Shown: in pieces, positions 53,517 to 64,000 of the stretch | Numbering within the stretch: position 1 is the stretch's first letter | How the letters are laid out: each line of letters starts with the position of its first letter | NCBI GenBank assembly: GCA_963662545.2 | Contig: CAXXLL010000003.1 | Span: 1,472,001 to 1,536,000, forward strand | Source of the DNA: Gammaproteobacteria bacterium | Lineage (GTDB): Bacteria > Pseudomonadota > Gammaproteobacteria > Ga0077536 | Length of the DNA stretch: 64,000 bases | Direction of reading: 5' to 3' | Made by a program: the position numbers and the translations under genes | The notes under the pieces: generated by a model | The model's input: only the letters and a program-made list of their open reading frames with translations | The model's database searches: none | What the model was told of the DNA's origin: nothing

Positions 53517-54939
53517 CATAGGTCGGATCTTATAAGCCGTTGAAAAGAGGGAACCAAAAGCGCTCCATCCGATCAGATCATGAAATCAACACCAATCGAC
53601 TTCGTGATCTGGGAGTATCGGATGAAGCACAGCGAAATTAGCACAGTGAGCCGGCAGTTAAAACGCACGCTAGGCGAGCGTACGCTCAACGACTTGGGGC
53701 GTGCAACGCGATTCTGTCGCCGAGAAAGGGAGGTCACGCCGTTCCGTTTAGCGGTAAGCCTAATCGAAAGCTTCGCCGGGCACTCAGCGAGCTGTATCGC
53801 TGATATTCAACGCGCTTTCAATGCGCTGTGCTCGACCACGGTGCGCTACAAACCGTTTCATAATCAGCTCGCCAAAAAACAGTTTCCGATGTTTATGCAA
53901 GCGCTGCTAAGCGAATTGCTCAATGGCCTGGCCTGCGATGTCCTCCGATTCGAACCCAACAGCCCATTTGCGCAGTTTGACCACATCCGCATCCAGGACG
54001 GCACCTCGTTTGCGTTAAAACCGGCGCTGAAGGACAGCTTTCCCGGTCGCTTCACGACCGTGAGTCCCGCCGCGGTAGAGCTCCATGCCGATCTCGACCT
54101 GCTCAGTGAGACCCTGAACGAGGTCGTACTCAGCCCTGACAGCTCAGCAGAGCGGCAGTTCTTGCCGGCCGTTGAAGAGGTCGCTGGTGGTTTGCTGCTG
54201 GCCGACCGTGGCTACTTCGCGCGGCCTTACTTTGAAGCGCTCGACACCGCCGGCGGCTATTTCATCGTGCGCGCGGGTCAAGGTATCAATCCGCTGATCG
54301 TTGCCGCTCGTCGCGCCGATGGGCGGCGGGTCAAACGCTTTGACAAGCAGCGATTGAAAGCGGTGGCATCGACCTTAAAGCGCTTCGATTGCCTCGACAT
54401 GGCCGTGCAATTCGACGGCGTGCAGGGACCCTGGACCTGTCGTTTAGTCGTGCACCCCAACCTTAAAAAAGGTGCAGCACCTCGTTATCTCATCACCAAT
54501 CTCGACGCCACCACCTTTACGCCCGAGCATATTAGCGACGCGTATCGATTACGCTGGCAGGTCGAGCTGCTATTCAAAGAGTGGAAGTCTTACGCCAATC
54601 TACACGCCTTTGATACCGCCAACCCGCACATCGCCGAAGGGCTTATCTGGGCCGCACTATGCGCCGCAACGCTGCAGCGCTATTGCGCTCATGTCACCGA
54701 GCGCTGGTTGAACGTCGCCATCTCGACTCATACCGCGGCCAAGTGCATTCATCACGTGCTCGGTCCCATTCTCCATACGCTTATCCATCGGCCCCGCTCT
54801 TTACACCGACCGCTCGAACACGCGTTGCGCTATTTGGCCAGCAACGCTCAGCGCGCAAAACCTGACCGCGATTGCATTTCGGGACGACTCAAGCTCGGCC
54901 TTCAGCATGTTCATGCGGCCGCTTAAGAACTAACCTATG
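53517..54939 (+). mobile_element. IS4 family element
   Basis: IRs CATAGGTCGGATCTTA / TAAGAACTAACCTATG. 10-bp duplication AACAGTAATT at 53507-53516 and 54940-54949. Confidence 0.93.
53580..54926 (+). CDS. IS4 family transposase
   Basis: QDGT, ADRGY and YRLRWQVELLFK (YREK) motifs. Confidence 0.93.
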   Translation: MKSTPIDFVIWEYRMKHSEISTVSRQLKRTLGERTLNDLGRATRFCRREREVTPFRLAVSLIESFAGHSASCIADIQRAFNALCSTTVRYKPFHNQLAKKQFPMFMQALLSELLNGLACDVLRFEPNSPFAQFDHIRIQDGTSFALKPALKDSFPGRFTTVSPAAVELHADLDLLSETLNEVVLSPDSSAERQFLPAVEEVAGGLLLADRGYFARPYFEALDTAGGYFIVRAGQGINPLIVAARRADGRRVKRFDKQRLKAVASTLKRFDCLDMAVQFDGVQGPWTCRLVVHPNLKKGAAPRYLITNLDATTFTPEHISDAYRLRWQVELLFKEWKSYANLHAFDTANPHIAEGLIWAALCAATLQRYCAHVTERWLNVAISTHTAAKCIHHVLGPILHTLIHRPRSLHRPLEHALRYLASNAQRAKPDRDCISGRLKLGLQHVHAAA

Positions 54940-55217
54940 AACAGTAATTAGCGTGCATATTGCACGAAATCAAACCGGCATTCGCCTGTTTGAAACCGTG
55001 CAAAGTGCACAATATTACGCTCATTGGAAGTTCCAGAAGGATCCTGACACCGGACTTAACGCCCTGACCCGCCGAGGGAAATCGACACGGCGCTATCAAC
55101 ACCAGAGGAACACCGCGCGTCAATAGTATGCATTTCGCGATGCCATGCGAGTTGTCTTGCACGAGCTCCGTAAGTATGCTCCTCGTGAGAACGCGATTTG
55201 ATGCAGGGAGGCATATC

Positions 55218-56210
55218 GTGAAAGCAGGACGCTCGCCTTTACTTGAATCCGTACGCTCAGCTATTCGGCTTCGTCACTACAGTATCCGTACGGAAGAGGC
55301 GTATGTCGGCTGGATTGTCCGCTACATCCACTTTCATCATGTCACACATCCCTCCGAATTGGGGCCCGATGCCGTCACGGCTTTTCTAACGTATCTCGCG
55401 GTCAAGCGCAATGTCGCGCCGAGCACCCAGAACCAGGCCTTGAACGCGCTCAATTTCCTTTATGCGCACGTACTCGATCGACCTTTGGGCGAACTCGATG
55501 GCCTTGTACGCGCGCGGCGCCCGCAACGCTTGCCAAGCGTGCTGAGCGAATCGGAGATTGGCCGCCTACTAGACCAAATGGAAGGGCAGCAGTGGCTAGT
55601 CGCATGCCTGCTCTACGGCTCTGGGTTGCGGTTGCTGGAATCGCTGCGTTTGCGGGTGAACGATATCGATTTCGAGCACAGGTGTCTCATCGTTCGAGAC
55701 GGTAAGGGCGCGAAGGACCGCGTCGTTACACTCGCTGACGAGCTGCTGGAGCCAATCAAGCGCCACCTCGGCGAACGTCGCACAATTTGGGAACGTGATT
55801 GCGCGAGGGGCGTGGCCGGAGTCTATCTTCCCTATGCGCTCGCCCGTAAATATCCGAATGCGGCGCAAGCCTGGGGCTGGCAATACGTATTCGTCTCGAA
55901 TGCGATCACTAAAGACCCACGCAGCGAGGCGCTCCGACGCCACCACTTGAACGAATCTGTCGTGCGCCGCGCCGTCTATCGCGCCGCGTTCAAGGCTGGC
56001 ATTGAGCGGCGCGTAAGCTGTCATACTTTAAGGCACTCGTTCGCTACTCATCTACTTGAACGTGGCGCCGACATCCGTACAGTGCAGGAACAGCTGGGGC
56101 ACAGCGATGTTAGGACTACGCAGATCTATACGCATGTAATCAAACGGGGCGGGTTTGCAGTTAAAAGTCCATTGGGAGCGATACTTGGGCGCAGCCAACA
56201 CAACGACTAA
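55218..56210 (+). CDS. intI: Integron integrase
   Basis: RLRHYSIRTEEAY, STQNQAL, GLRLLE, GKGAKDR, integron-specific insert LPYALARKYP..W.WQY, HTLRHSFATHLL and LGH..TQIYTH. GTG start after GGAGG. Confidence 0.97.
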   Translation: MKAGRSPLLESVRSAIRLRHYSIRTEEAYVGWIVRYIHFHHVTHPSELGPDAVTAFLTYLAVKRNVAPSTQNQALNALNFLYAHVLDRPLGELDGLVRARRPQRLPSVLSESEIGRLLDQMEGQQWLVACLLYGSGLRLLESLRLRVNDIDFEHRCLIVRDGKGAKDRVVTLADELLEPIKRHLGERRTIWERDCARGVAGVYLPYALARKYPNAAQAWGWQYVFVSNAITKDPRSEALRRHHLNESVVRRAVYRAAFKAGIERRVSCHTLRHSFATHLLERGADIRTVQEQLGHSDVRTTQIYTHVIKRGGFAVKSPLGAILGRSQHND

Positions 56211-56357
56211 GCATCGCCTTCGTGCGGAAAGCGATTCATTCCATATAAGTTAAGTGTTTAAGGGCAAACGGATCATGATTGTCTCTTAACGTTCCCAAAA
56301 AGTCTTGAAGGTCACTCGAGAGACCTCAAGGCCTAGATCGCGACGAGCCGAACCCTG

Positions 56358-58931
56358 CTAATTCAATTCAGCCGCGTCATGTAAACGCTGTATCAGGAGA
56401 TCCGTCTGCACCTGGTCGAGCTTGTGTCCTCGGCGGTCAGTTACAAAGAACACGTCGACCGCTTTTTCACCAAAGGTGCTGATGTTGGCGCCGCGCATGT
56501 CGATATCCGTTTCCGCGATCGCTGCGGCCAGTTTTGCGAGTAGGCCTCTGCGATCCGCCGCGACGACCTCTATGGCGGTAATGCTTTTCGCCGCTGCTTC
56601 GAGATGACGGACTTCCACAGGCAGGGCCCGCATCAGGACGTCGGGCTCGGCTGGATGCTTGACCTGGGGCGGCTCCGCGCCGGCCAAAACAGCTTCGATG
56701 CGCTGGCGCAACCGTTCGAGCTGATCCGGATCTCGTACCGGAACGTCAGCGGCGTCGGTTATATGGAATTCGTCGAGTATCCGCCCGTCGCGCAACGCAT
56801 AGGCATGCGCGGTCAACGCTTTGGTGTTGGCATTTGCGAGCGTTGCGGTCAATTGTGAAAACAGCTTCGGCCGGTCGACGCCCCAGGCCAGTACCTGCGT
56901 GTAGCCGAGCGGTTCATTCACGGCGAGATGGGCGCCGGATTCTTCCTTCAACATTCGGCACAGATCCAGCAGCAGTGCCGGCGGGAAATGCAGGGTCAAG
57001 GTGGCAGAGAGTACGGCGAATGTCTTCGCCACTTCGTCCCGTTCGCCTGGTTCGCACATCGCCAGCACGCTTTCCCTGCGCGAAGCGAGCCGGCTTTCCT
57101 TGTCCGATGGTGTAACCCGCCCCGTGCGAAGACAGGCTTCGGCCGAATGAAATAACTGGGTAAACAAATAGCCCTTCCATTCGGTCCACACGTCCGGCCC
57201 GACTGCAGTGACGTCCGCCACTGTCAAGAGAAACAGATAGACCAGGCGCTCACGGTCGCCGACGAAACGGGCGAAATCGGCGATGACCTCCGGATCTGAA
57301 AGATCGTAATGCTGCGCGGTCTTTGAAAGCGTTAAATGATAAAGCACGAGCCAGGCGACGAGTTCGATGTCGTCGTTCGAAAGGCCTAGACGTTGGCAGA
57401 ACTTGCGCGCGAGCTGGTCGCCAAGCTCCGAATGATCGCCCCCCCGGCCCTTGGCAATGTCGTGGTAGAGCAGCGCGAGATACAACAGTTCAGGGCGCTG
57501 TAATTCGGGCATCAACTTCGAGGCGAGCGGCATGTCGATGAATCGGCCTTCGCCCAGTCTGAAGTCGCGCAGAATATCGATCGCGCGGATCGTGTGCGCG
57601 TCCACTGTGTAGCTGTGATAACGATCGAACTGGCCGTGGCCGGTAATGCGTCCGAAATCCGGAACCAGGCGGCCCAGTACACCCGTCTCGTGCATCTGCC
57701 TGAGCGCTGTTGCAACGTTGCGCGGGGATCTCAAGATTTCAAGCAGTCCGTCGTTGGCCGCCTTGGATGCACGCACTGCTGCGTTTACCAGGCCGGCATG
57801 TTTGCGTATCGTGCGCAGCGCCCGGCTGTTTAGATAACGGTGCTCTTTCTGGGATTCGACGAATACGCGGATCAGATTAAGCGGTTCGGCGGAGAATGCC
57901 TGCGTATCGTGGATACTGATTTTGTCTTTCCGCACTTCCATTCCGCCGCCAAGATCTACCCTGCGGCCCAGTCGCCTCGGCGGACGAATTTGCTCTTCGA
58001 AATGCAGGAGGAAGATATCGGACAGATCGGCGATCCTGCGCACGGTGAGAAAGTAGTTTTTCAGGAATCTTTCTTCCGCGCTCGACTTCACGCTGTCGCG
58101 ATAACGAAAGCGGGACGCGAGTTCCTGCTGGTATTCGAACCGCAGGCGGTCATCTTCGCGACCGGCCAGCAGATGCAGACCGCTGCGCACGCGCCAGAGG
58201 AAGTCACGCCCGCGCACGAAGTCTTCGAACTCTTTCTCGTCGACCACGCCCTGGCCTATCAATTCGCGCGCCGTCGGTACGCCATACCAGGCCATCGACA
58301 GCCAGAAAATCGTGCTGACGTCGCGTAAGCCGCCTTTACCGCTCTTGATGTCCGGCTCCATGAGAAAGGCCGTATCACCAATAGACCGTCGCCGCGCGGA
58401 GCACTCTTCGAGCTTGAGTCTACAAAACGCAACTCGCTGCCGTTTGCTCCAGTGTTGTTGGGCGCAGCTTTTCTGTACCTGCCCCCACAACTTACCCACA
58501 CCCGAAATCAGGCGTGACTCGAGCAGCGCGGTGCGCGCGTGGTGATCGGTTTCCGCATGCTTGCGCGTCTCAACGGGCGTGCGGACCGCATGTCCGATAT
58601 GCGCGCCGCAGTCCCACAGCACCTGGAGGAAGCGCTGGATCGCCGCGTCGATCTCCGCACCTCTCGATTTGGGGACCAGGAATAGCAGATCCCAGTCGGA
58701 ATGGGGGCAAAGCTCCGAACGGCCGTAGCCGCCGACACCCACCAGGTCCACTTGATCACACGCGGGCCCGGCGATGTCCCGCCACAGATCAATTAGCAGC
58801 GCATCGACTTCGGTGCTGATGTACTTGACGATTGCGCGGCCGCCCTGATGCGCATCCAGGCGCCGTTGGGCACCCGCCATGATCTCCTGGCGGCTGAGCG
58901 TGGCGCGTTCTTTGAAATCTGGCTCGGGCAT
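56358..58931 (-). CDS. glnD: [PII] uridylyltransferase
   Basis: VGGYGR..SDWDL, KGGLRD, YH.YTVDAH, HDIAKGRGGDHS and two ACT domains. Confidence 0.96.
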   Translation of the reverse strand: MPEPDFKERATLSRQEIMAGAQRRLDAHQGGRAIVKYISTEVDALLIDLWRDIAGPACDQVDLVGVGGYGRSELCPHSDWDLLFLVPKSRGAEIDAAIQRFLQVLWDCGAHIGHAVRTPVETRKHAETDHHARTALLESRLISGVGKLWGQVQKSCAQQHWSKRQRVAFCRLKLEECSARRRSIGDTAFLMEPDIKSGKGGLRDVSTIFWLSMAWYGVPTARELIGQGVVDEKEFEDFVRGRDFLWRVRSGLHLLAGREDDRLRFEYQQELASRFRYRDSVKSSAEERFLKNYFLTVRRIADLSDIFLLHFEEQIRPPRRLGRRVDLGGGMEVRKDKISIHDTQAFSAEPLNLIRVFVESQKEHRYLNSRALRTIRKHAGLVNAAVRASKAANDGLLEILRSPRNVATALRQMHETGVLGRLVPDFGRITGHGQFDRYHSYTVDAHTIRAIDILRDFRLGEGRFIDMPLASKLMPELQRPELLYLALLYHDIAKGRGGDHSELGDQLARKFCQRLGLSNDDIELVAWLVLYHLTLSKTAQHYDLSDPEVIADFARFVGDRERLVYLFLLTVADVTAVGPDVWTEWKGYLFTQLFHSAEACLRTGRVTPSDKESRLASRRESVLAMCEPGERDEVAKTFAVLSATLTLHFPPALLLDLCRMLKEESGAHLAVNEPLGYTQVLAWGVDRPKLFSQLTATLANANTKALTAHAYALRDGRILDEFHITDAADVPVRDPDQLERLRQRIEAVLAGAEPPQVKHPAEPDVLMRALPVEVRHLEAAAKSITAIEVVAADRRGLLAKLAAAIAETDIDMRGANISTFGEKAVDVFFVTDRRGHKLDQVQTDLLIQRLHDAAELN

Positions 58932-59172
58932 CTATCGCCCCTCCCGCGGGGTCTTGCTATTGAAGTATCGCATTGCGAGGCAGCCTCGAAGCTGATGCGC
59001 TTAAATCTTTATAATTCATGCGTTTATAGCCAAGCGGGGCATGAATGTCCCCATGTACACCTTGCGCATCTCCGGATGCAAGTAAGCTGATTGGGAAGGT
59101 ATTTCGGGATACGAATAGCCGACTGATTTTATCATGGACAGTCCCATGGCTTTACACCAATAGGTTGAAACG

Positions 59173-60192
59173 ATGACCGATGACCAATGGCTGGCCCAGG
59201 TACAAGAAGAGATCCTCGAGCCGGATCTCAAAATCTGCGATCCGCACCATCACTTGTGGGACTACCCGCACAACCGCTACCTGTTCGACGAACTCTTGGC
59301 CGACTTGAGATCCGGGCATAACGTGATGTCTACAGTGTTCATGGAGTGCGCCTCCATGTATCGCGCGGACGGACCCGATGTGATGAAGCCGGTGGGCGAG
59401 ACGGAGTTCGTGAACGGCGTTGCGGCGATGAGCGCGAGTGGAAATTACGGTGATCTCCGCGTGTGCTCATCGATCGTCGGCTTCGCCGATTTAACCCTGG
59501 GACCGGCGGTAGGGGAGGTACTGGACGCGCATCGGGCCGTAAGCCCGCGCTTTGTGGGGATCCGCCACGCGACCGGTTGGGATGCAAGCGGGGAGGTGCG
59601 TAACTCGCATACCAATCCGCGGGAGAATCTGCTGCTCGATAGGACATTCCGCGAAGGCTTCGCGGAGCTCGGCAAGCGCGGGCTGACTTTCGACGCGTGG
59701 CTCTACCACCCGCAGATCCCCGAGCTCACCGCGCTCGCTAGAGCGTTTCCCGACCAGCTTATCGTGTTGGATCATTTCGGCGGCCCCCTCGGTATCGGAC
59801 CCTACGCCGGTAAACGCGATGCGATCCTGGATTACTGGAAGGGGGCTGTTGCCGAACTCGCGCGATGCGAGAACGTCGTAGCGAAACTGGGAGGCTTGGC
59901 CATGCCGATCAACGGGTTCGGTTTTCATAAGGCCGAACGGCCGGCAACATCGGCACAGCTTGCGCAGGCGACCCGTGCGTATTATCTGCACATGATCGAT
60001 CAGTTCGGGCCGACGCGGTGTATGTTCGAGAGCAATTTTCCCGTCGATAAAGTGAGCTGTTCTTATGCAGTGCTGTGGAACTCTTTCAAGCACATCACCT
60101 CAGGATTCTCAGCGGACGAGAAAGCGGCCTTGTATCACGATACCGCGGCAAGGGTTTACCGTACCGAAAAATCGGTCGGCGCGGACGTTTAG
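59173..60192 (+). CDS. Amidohydrolase family 2 protein
   Basis: DPHHHLW, GIRH, LDHFG and MFESNFPVD motifs. Confidence 0.92.
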   Translation: MTDDQWLAQVQEEILEPDLKICDPHHHLWDYPHNRYLFDELLADLRSGHNVMSTVFMECASMYRADGPDVMKPVGETEFVNGVAAMSASGNYGDLRVCSSIVGFADLTLGPAVGEVLDAHRAVSPRFVGIRHATGWDASGEVRNSHTNPRENLLLDRTFREGFAELGKRGLTFDAWLYHPQIPELTALARAFPDQLIVLDHFGGPLGIGPYAGKRDAILDYWKGAVAELARCENVVAKLGGLAMPINGFGFHKAERPATSAQLAQATRAYYLHMIDQFGPTRCMFESNFPVDKVSCSYAVLWNSFKHITSGFSADEKAALYHDTAARVYRTEKSVGADV

Positions 60193-60225
60193 AGGGCAGA
60201 GGGTATTGTATTTCGTGGAAGTCGA

Positions 60226-60699
60226 TTAAAGACGCGGGTATACATCCCAAACCTGCAGTACGGCTCTATCGATCCAAACGGCACGTACGCCATTTAAGGC
60301 CAGTTTGGAATCAAGCTCGAGGTGGCTAAACATTTGCGGCCCCCCACTTTCTATCGGATCAGCCTCGGTCAGTACCAAGCCCTTGTAGCCGCGATAGAAA
60401 GAATAACCCGTATGCACCAGCTTGAGTTGCTTGCCATCCTGGCCCGTCAAGAAGGCGCTTACCGATCCCTCCGGTACGATCGTTTTGAATGCATCCGCTA
60501 CATCGGAATCGGTAATTCCGAGACCGTCGGTTTCACGCACGAACAGAATGAGCCGTGCACCGGAAGTACGCACCTCCAGCGATTTACGGAGTTCGACGGC
60601 GTGCCGTCCAACCTGTATGTCGAGCGGGGTTACGGGCAGGGCTTCCTTTCCACATGCGAGCGCACTTATCAATACGATGTTGGCCAGCAGATTCAGCAT
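60226..60699 (-). CDS. Hypothetical exported/lipoprotein
   Basis: Signal peptide with LAC lipobox-like site. GAGG RBS. Confidence 0.55.
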   Translation of the reverse strand: MLNLLANIVLISALACGKEALPVTPLDIQVGRHAVELRKSLEVRTSGARLILFVRETDGLGITDSDVADAFKTIVPEGSVSAFLTGQDGKQLKLVHTGYSFYRGYKGLVLTEADPIESGGPQMFSHLELDSKLALNGVRAVWIDRAVLQVWDVYPRL

Positions 60700-61089
60700 G
60701 CGGATACCTCGAATAATTCGTTCTCGTGCCGACAGCAGATTTGACCCTGAAACCGGTGGTAGTTCAATGATTTCTCTTTACGCGGTAGTGATGGAGACGC
60801 GGCGGAGGATCACGGCGAGATAAGGTGTTTTATCGTTCCTGTGCTTTCACCGACGGTGACCTGCGCTTCGACATCGACTTCGGCAGATACCAGTTGCTCG
60901 GCTAGATCTATGATCGGATTTCGGGCATTGAGGACAGCGCGCTGCGTTTTTTCGGGAATACCTCAAACAATTTGTTTACTCTGGCGGGGTGTGGTCACAG
61001 TCTTGGTGCATGTGGATATGAAATCGGCAGTTCCGATTCAGGCCCGATACGTTTAGGATCCGCAATCATTCATAAAAAAGAGGAATGAT

Positions 61090-61887
61090 GTGTACATAAT
61101 TCGACGCGCTCCTGTAATCGGGATCGTGCTTTGTTTATCGACGTTCGGAGCAGTCGCCTTTGACACCGCGCGAATCGAGGATCCGGACGTTCGCGCTTGC
61201 GCAGATCGCGCATTGCCGGCGACCCAGGTACAGAAGGTACAAGTTGTCGGCACCAATGGTTACGTGCGCGAGTCGAAGCGCAAGGTCTACTGGAAACGTT
61301 CGCCGAATAATGATTCTCGTGTGCTCGTACGCGTGATGGAGCCACCTGACGAAAAAGGTATCGGAGTCCTGATCAATGATAATGCTGAAAAAAATGTCGT
61401 TACTTATATGACCTATTCACCCAAGATCAAGCGCGTTAGACGGGTCAGCGGTGAATCGTTTTTCGGCTCCATTCTCGGCACTGACTTTACATACGAAGAT
61501 TTTTCATACTTCTATCGCGTTGACGAACGCGAAGAAGTCGCTCGTGTAGAAGATTCCGACGTCGATGGCTATCCGGCCTACGTACTCGAGACGGTGAAGC
61601 CGGACGACAATTCACACTACAGTCTGCTTCGCTTCTACATCGATAAGGAGGTCTGCCTGCCCGTACAAACAGATTTCTTTGCACCCAACGGCGCCTTGCG
61701 CAAGCAGCTTATCGTCGAACGGAGCGAGATTCAGATGGTCGACGACCACTGGGTCCCGTTTCGAACGACGATGACCGACCTCAAGTTCAAGACTCACAGT
61801 GTCTTTATCGTTGAAGAAATTGAGATCGATCCGGAACTCGATGACGGTATATTCGAAACCTCTGAACTCTCGCGCGGGGGTAATTAG
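61090..61887 (+). CDS. Outer membrane lipoprotein-sorting protein (LolA-like)
   Basis: Signal peptide, KRVRRV and GTDFTYED motifs. Adjacent to MMPL gene. Confidence 0.85.
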   Translation: MYIIRRAPVIGIVLCLSTFGAVAFDTARIEDPDVRACADRALPATQVQKVQVVGTNGYVRESKRKVYWKRSPNNDSRVLVRVMEPPDEKGIGVLINDNAEKNVVTYMTYSPKIKRVRRVSGESFFGSILGTDFTYEDFSYFYRVDEREEVARVEDSDVDGYPAYVLETVKPDDNSHYSLLRFYIDKEVCLPVQTDFFAPNGALRKQLIVERSEIQMVDDHWVPFRTTMTDLKFKTHSVFIVEEIEIDPELDDGIFETSELSRGGN

Positions 61888-62008
61888 GGAACCTCTCAAA
61901 AAGTCATGGTGCATGAGAATGCGGCTTGGACCGCGATGTCAAAGTGTAACGCTACGATAACCTAGCACCTATAGTTCTATTTTCTGAAAAGGCGTTGGCG
62001 CCCCATTC

Positions 62009-64000
62009 ATGATTGCACGTCTGTTCGACATGCTCGTCGAGCGCCCGCGACGCGTTATCGCTGTTGCCTCCCTGTTGGCTCTGGTCGGGCTCGTTCTCTT
62101 GGTCGAATGGCCGAGTCTCAACCTCGCGCTTGAAGTCGATCCTTCCGTGCGCGCCTTGTTGCCGCAGCAGGGTGTCGAACTAGAGATTTTTGAGGCTGTT
62201 CGCGATCGCTACTCGAGCGATGATCTCCTCCTTGTCGCATGGGTCGCTGATGACCTGTTCACGCCAACGCGACTCGCTGCGCTCAAGCGCCTGACGCGCC
62301 GGGTAGAACGCATGCCCGGCGTCGAGCATGTGGAAAGCCTTGCCACGGCGGTCCGTACGAAAGTGTATGAAGACTATACCGAGGTGGGCGCTTATCTGAG
62401 CGAGATTCCGGAGACCGCAGCCGAGGCGCTGGAGGTGCGCGACGCGGTGTTGGATAACCCGCTCTATGCAGGCTACCTCGTCTCGCGGGACGGCCACGGA
62501 GCGATGCTCGCCGTCCGCTTCGACCGCGAACTCTCGGCCAGGACGCTGATCGGTATCGTCGCCGACATCACGGCGGCCTCGCGCGAAGAAGCAAGCGAGG
62601 TAGAACAGTTCCTTTCCGGGCCCTTGTTCATTCGCCTCGAAATCAGCCGCTTGCTGCTACGCGATCTTTATCGCGTGATGCCGCTTGCCGTCGGCGTAAC
62701 GCTGATCGTAGTCGCTATCGGTTTTCGTCATGTGCGCGGTGTTGTGTTGCCATTTTTATCAAATGCAATCGCGCTTATTCTGACCTTGGCCTTATTCGTG
62801 GTATCCGGCCATACACTCAACTACGTCACAGTAATTCTGCCCCCGACCGTTTACGTAGTGGGCTTCGCCTACGCGATTCACGTGGTCAGTGATTTTGATC
62901 GGCACTTTGGGGCGGGCCTCGACCGTGCCGCCGCGACGCGTGCGGCTCTTGGCGATGTTGCGGTGCCCATAACACTTACCGCCATTACCACGGCGCTCGG
63001 CTTCGCTTCGCTTATGCTCAGCGATATCGATTCCATTCGTTTGTTCGGTGCGTATTCAAGTTTCGGCACGATATTGGCGTGGTTGGCCGCGCTCATCGTC
63101 GTCCCGGCAGGCCTGGTGCTCATGCCTGGGCGGCGTCGCGCGAACGCGGTTCGCCGCGCTGATCTTCTTGGCCCTTGGCTCGCGCACCTCGCCGAACGCC
63201 GTGGACGCGTATTCCTGACGTGCGGGCTGTTGTTGATCGGACTCTCTCTCATGGGCGCCACCCGAATAAATGTGAGTACGGATTACCTGGCGAATTTCCC
63301 GGCCGCGAGTGAATTGCGGCGCAATTTCGACCGCATGAGTACCGTATTCGCAGGCTCGGTACCGTTACAGATCGTGCTGGAGAGCGACACGATCGATGCT
63401 TTCAAAACGCCGCACGCGCTACGCGCCGTGGACCAGCTCAAGGACTGGCTGCTCGAGCAGCCGGAAATCGGTGGCGTGTACACCCTGCTCGACTATATCG
63501 GTGTTCTCGAGCGCGCCCTCGCACCAGAGTTGGTTGACGGCGACCCTGTGCCCGACTCGGCAGTTCTTGCCAACCACCTCCTCTTGCTCGGTGGCGGCGA
63601 GGACGTGCGACGCTTCGCTGATCCGGAGTTCACGAGCACGCTCCTGCAGGTGCGGGCCCGGGTCGTGGCAAGCGCGGATCTAAATGCGCTGGCTGACCGG
63701 ATCGAGAAGCGCTTGCGGGGGCTACCCCCTGACTTGCAGGGCTACGTCACCGGTAGCTCATACCTGATTGCGCGTACCCTCGACGAGGTCACCCGCGGCC
63801 AGGTTTTGAGCCTGAGCGCCGCGTTGGTGCCGATTTTCCTGGTGCTGGTCGCGATGTTTCGTTCACTCAGGCTCGCCGCCCTTGCGCTCATTCCCAACGT
63901 CCTGCCGATCGTGGCGTTCTTCGGCATCCTGGGCTGGAGCGGCATCACGCTCAACCTGACCACGAGCCTCGTCGCCTCCGTGGTGCTCGGCATAGCAGTC
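62009..64000 (+). CDS. MMPL/RND family transporter, 3' end outside window
   Basis: ATG at 62009. YAIHVV, LTAITTALGFASL and AL.PNVLP motifs. Not in the ORF track because it has no stop in the window. Confidence 0.88.
   Translation, partial: MIARLFDMLVERPRRVIAVASLLALVGLVLLVEWPSLNLALEVDPSVRALLPQQGVELEIFEAVRDRYSSDDLLLVAWVADDLFTPTRLAALKRLTRRVERMPGVEHVESLATAVRTKVYEDYTEVGAYLSEIPETAAEALEVRDAVLDNPLYAGYLVSRDGHGAMLAVRFDRELSARTLIGIVADITAASREEASEVEQFLSGPLFIRLEISRLLLRDLYRVMPLAVGVTLIVVAIGFRHVRGVVLPFLSNAIALILTLALFVVSGHTLNYVTVILPPTVYVVGFAYAIHVVSDFDRHFGAGLDRAAATRAALGDVAVPITLTAITTALGFASLMLSDIDSIRLFGAYSSFGTILAWLAALIVVPAGLVLMPGRRRANAVRRADLLGPWLAHLAERRGRVFLTCGLLLIGLSLMGATRINVSTDYLANFPAASELRRNFDRMSTVFAGSVPLQIVLESDTIDAFKTPHALRAVDQLKDWLLEQPEIGGVYTLLDYIGVLERALAPELVDGDPVPDSAVLANHLLLLGGGEDVRRFADPEFTSTLLQVRARVVASADLNALADRIEKRLRGLPPDLQGYVTGSSYLIARTLDEVTRGQVLSLSAALVPIFLVLVAMFRSLRLAALALIPNVLPIVAFFGILGWSGITLNLTTSLVASVVLGIAV

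Larger units (their letters stand above)
53503..54953 (-). other. attI site, split by IS4
   Basis: Removing the IS gives CGCTAAT-TACT-GTTAGGT between the intI 5' region and the first cassette. Confidence 0.8.

Overview
GC-rich proteobacterial, probably gammaproteobacterial, chromosomal window in five parts. (1) 1-17.3 kb: decayed accessory DNA integrated at a tRNA-Met(CAT) gene. At least two related elements appear to lie in tandem, shown by a displaced tRNA 3' half at 4698-4742, shared trailers, arm-like repeats and a truncated integrase. Cargo includes catabolic enzymes, tenA-thiD, Fic, an IS-split nuclease-like gene and many pseudogenes. (2) 17.5-20.3 kb: thioesterase, crp, osmC and a PAS/degenerate GGDEF gene. 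(3) 20.6-43.6 kb: a ~23-kb MSHA/T2SS-like type IV filament locus with a sigma54-driven pilin, a three-part ABC module, an embedded adenylate cyclase and a kinase/sigma54 activator pair. Its secretin is interrupted by IS256. (4) metF and tkt-gap-pgk-pyk. (5) ISL3, then a chromosomal integron (intI, canonical attC, two cassette genes) whose attI is split by an IS4 element, then glnD, an amidohydrolase and an MMPL/lipoprotein-sorting pair. All calls come from manual reading and motif recognition; no database searches were run.
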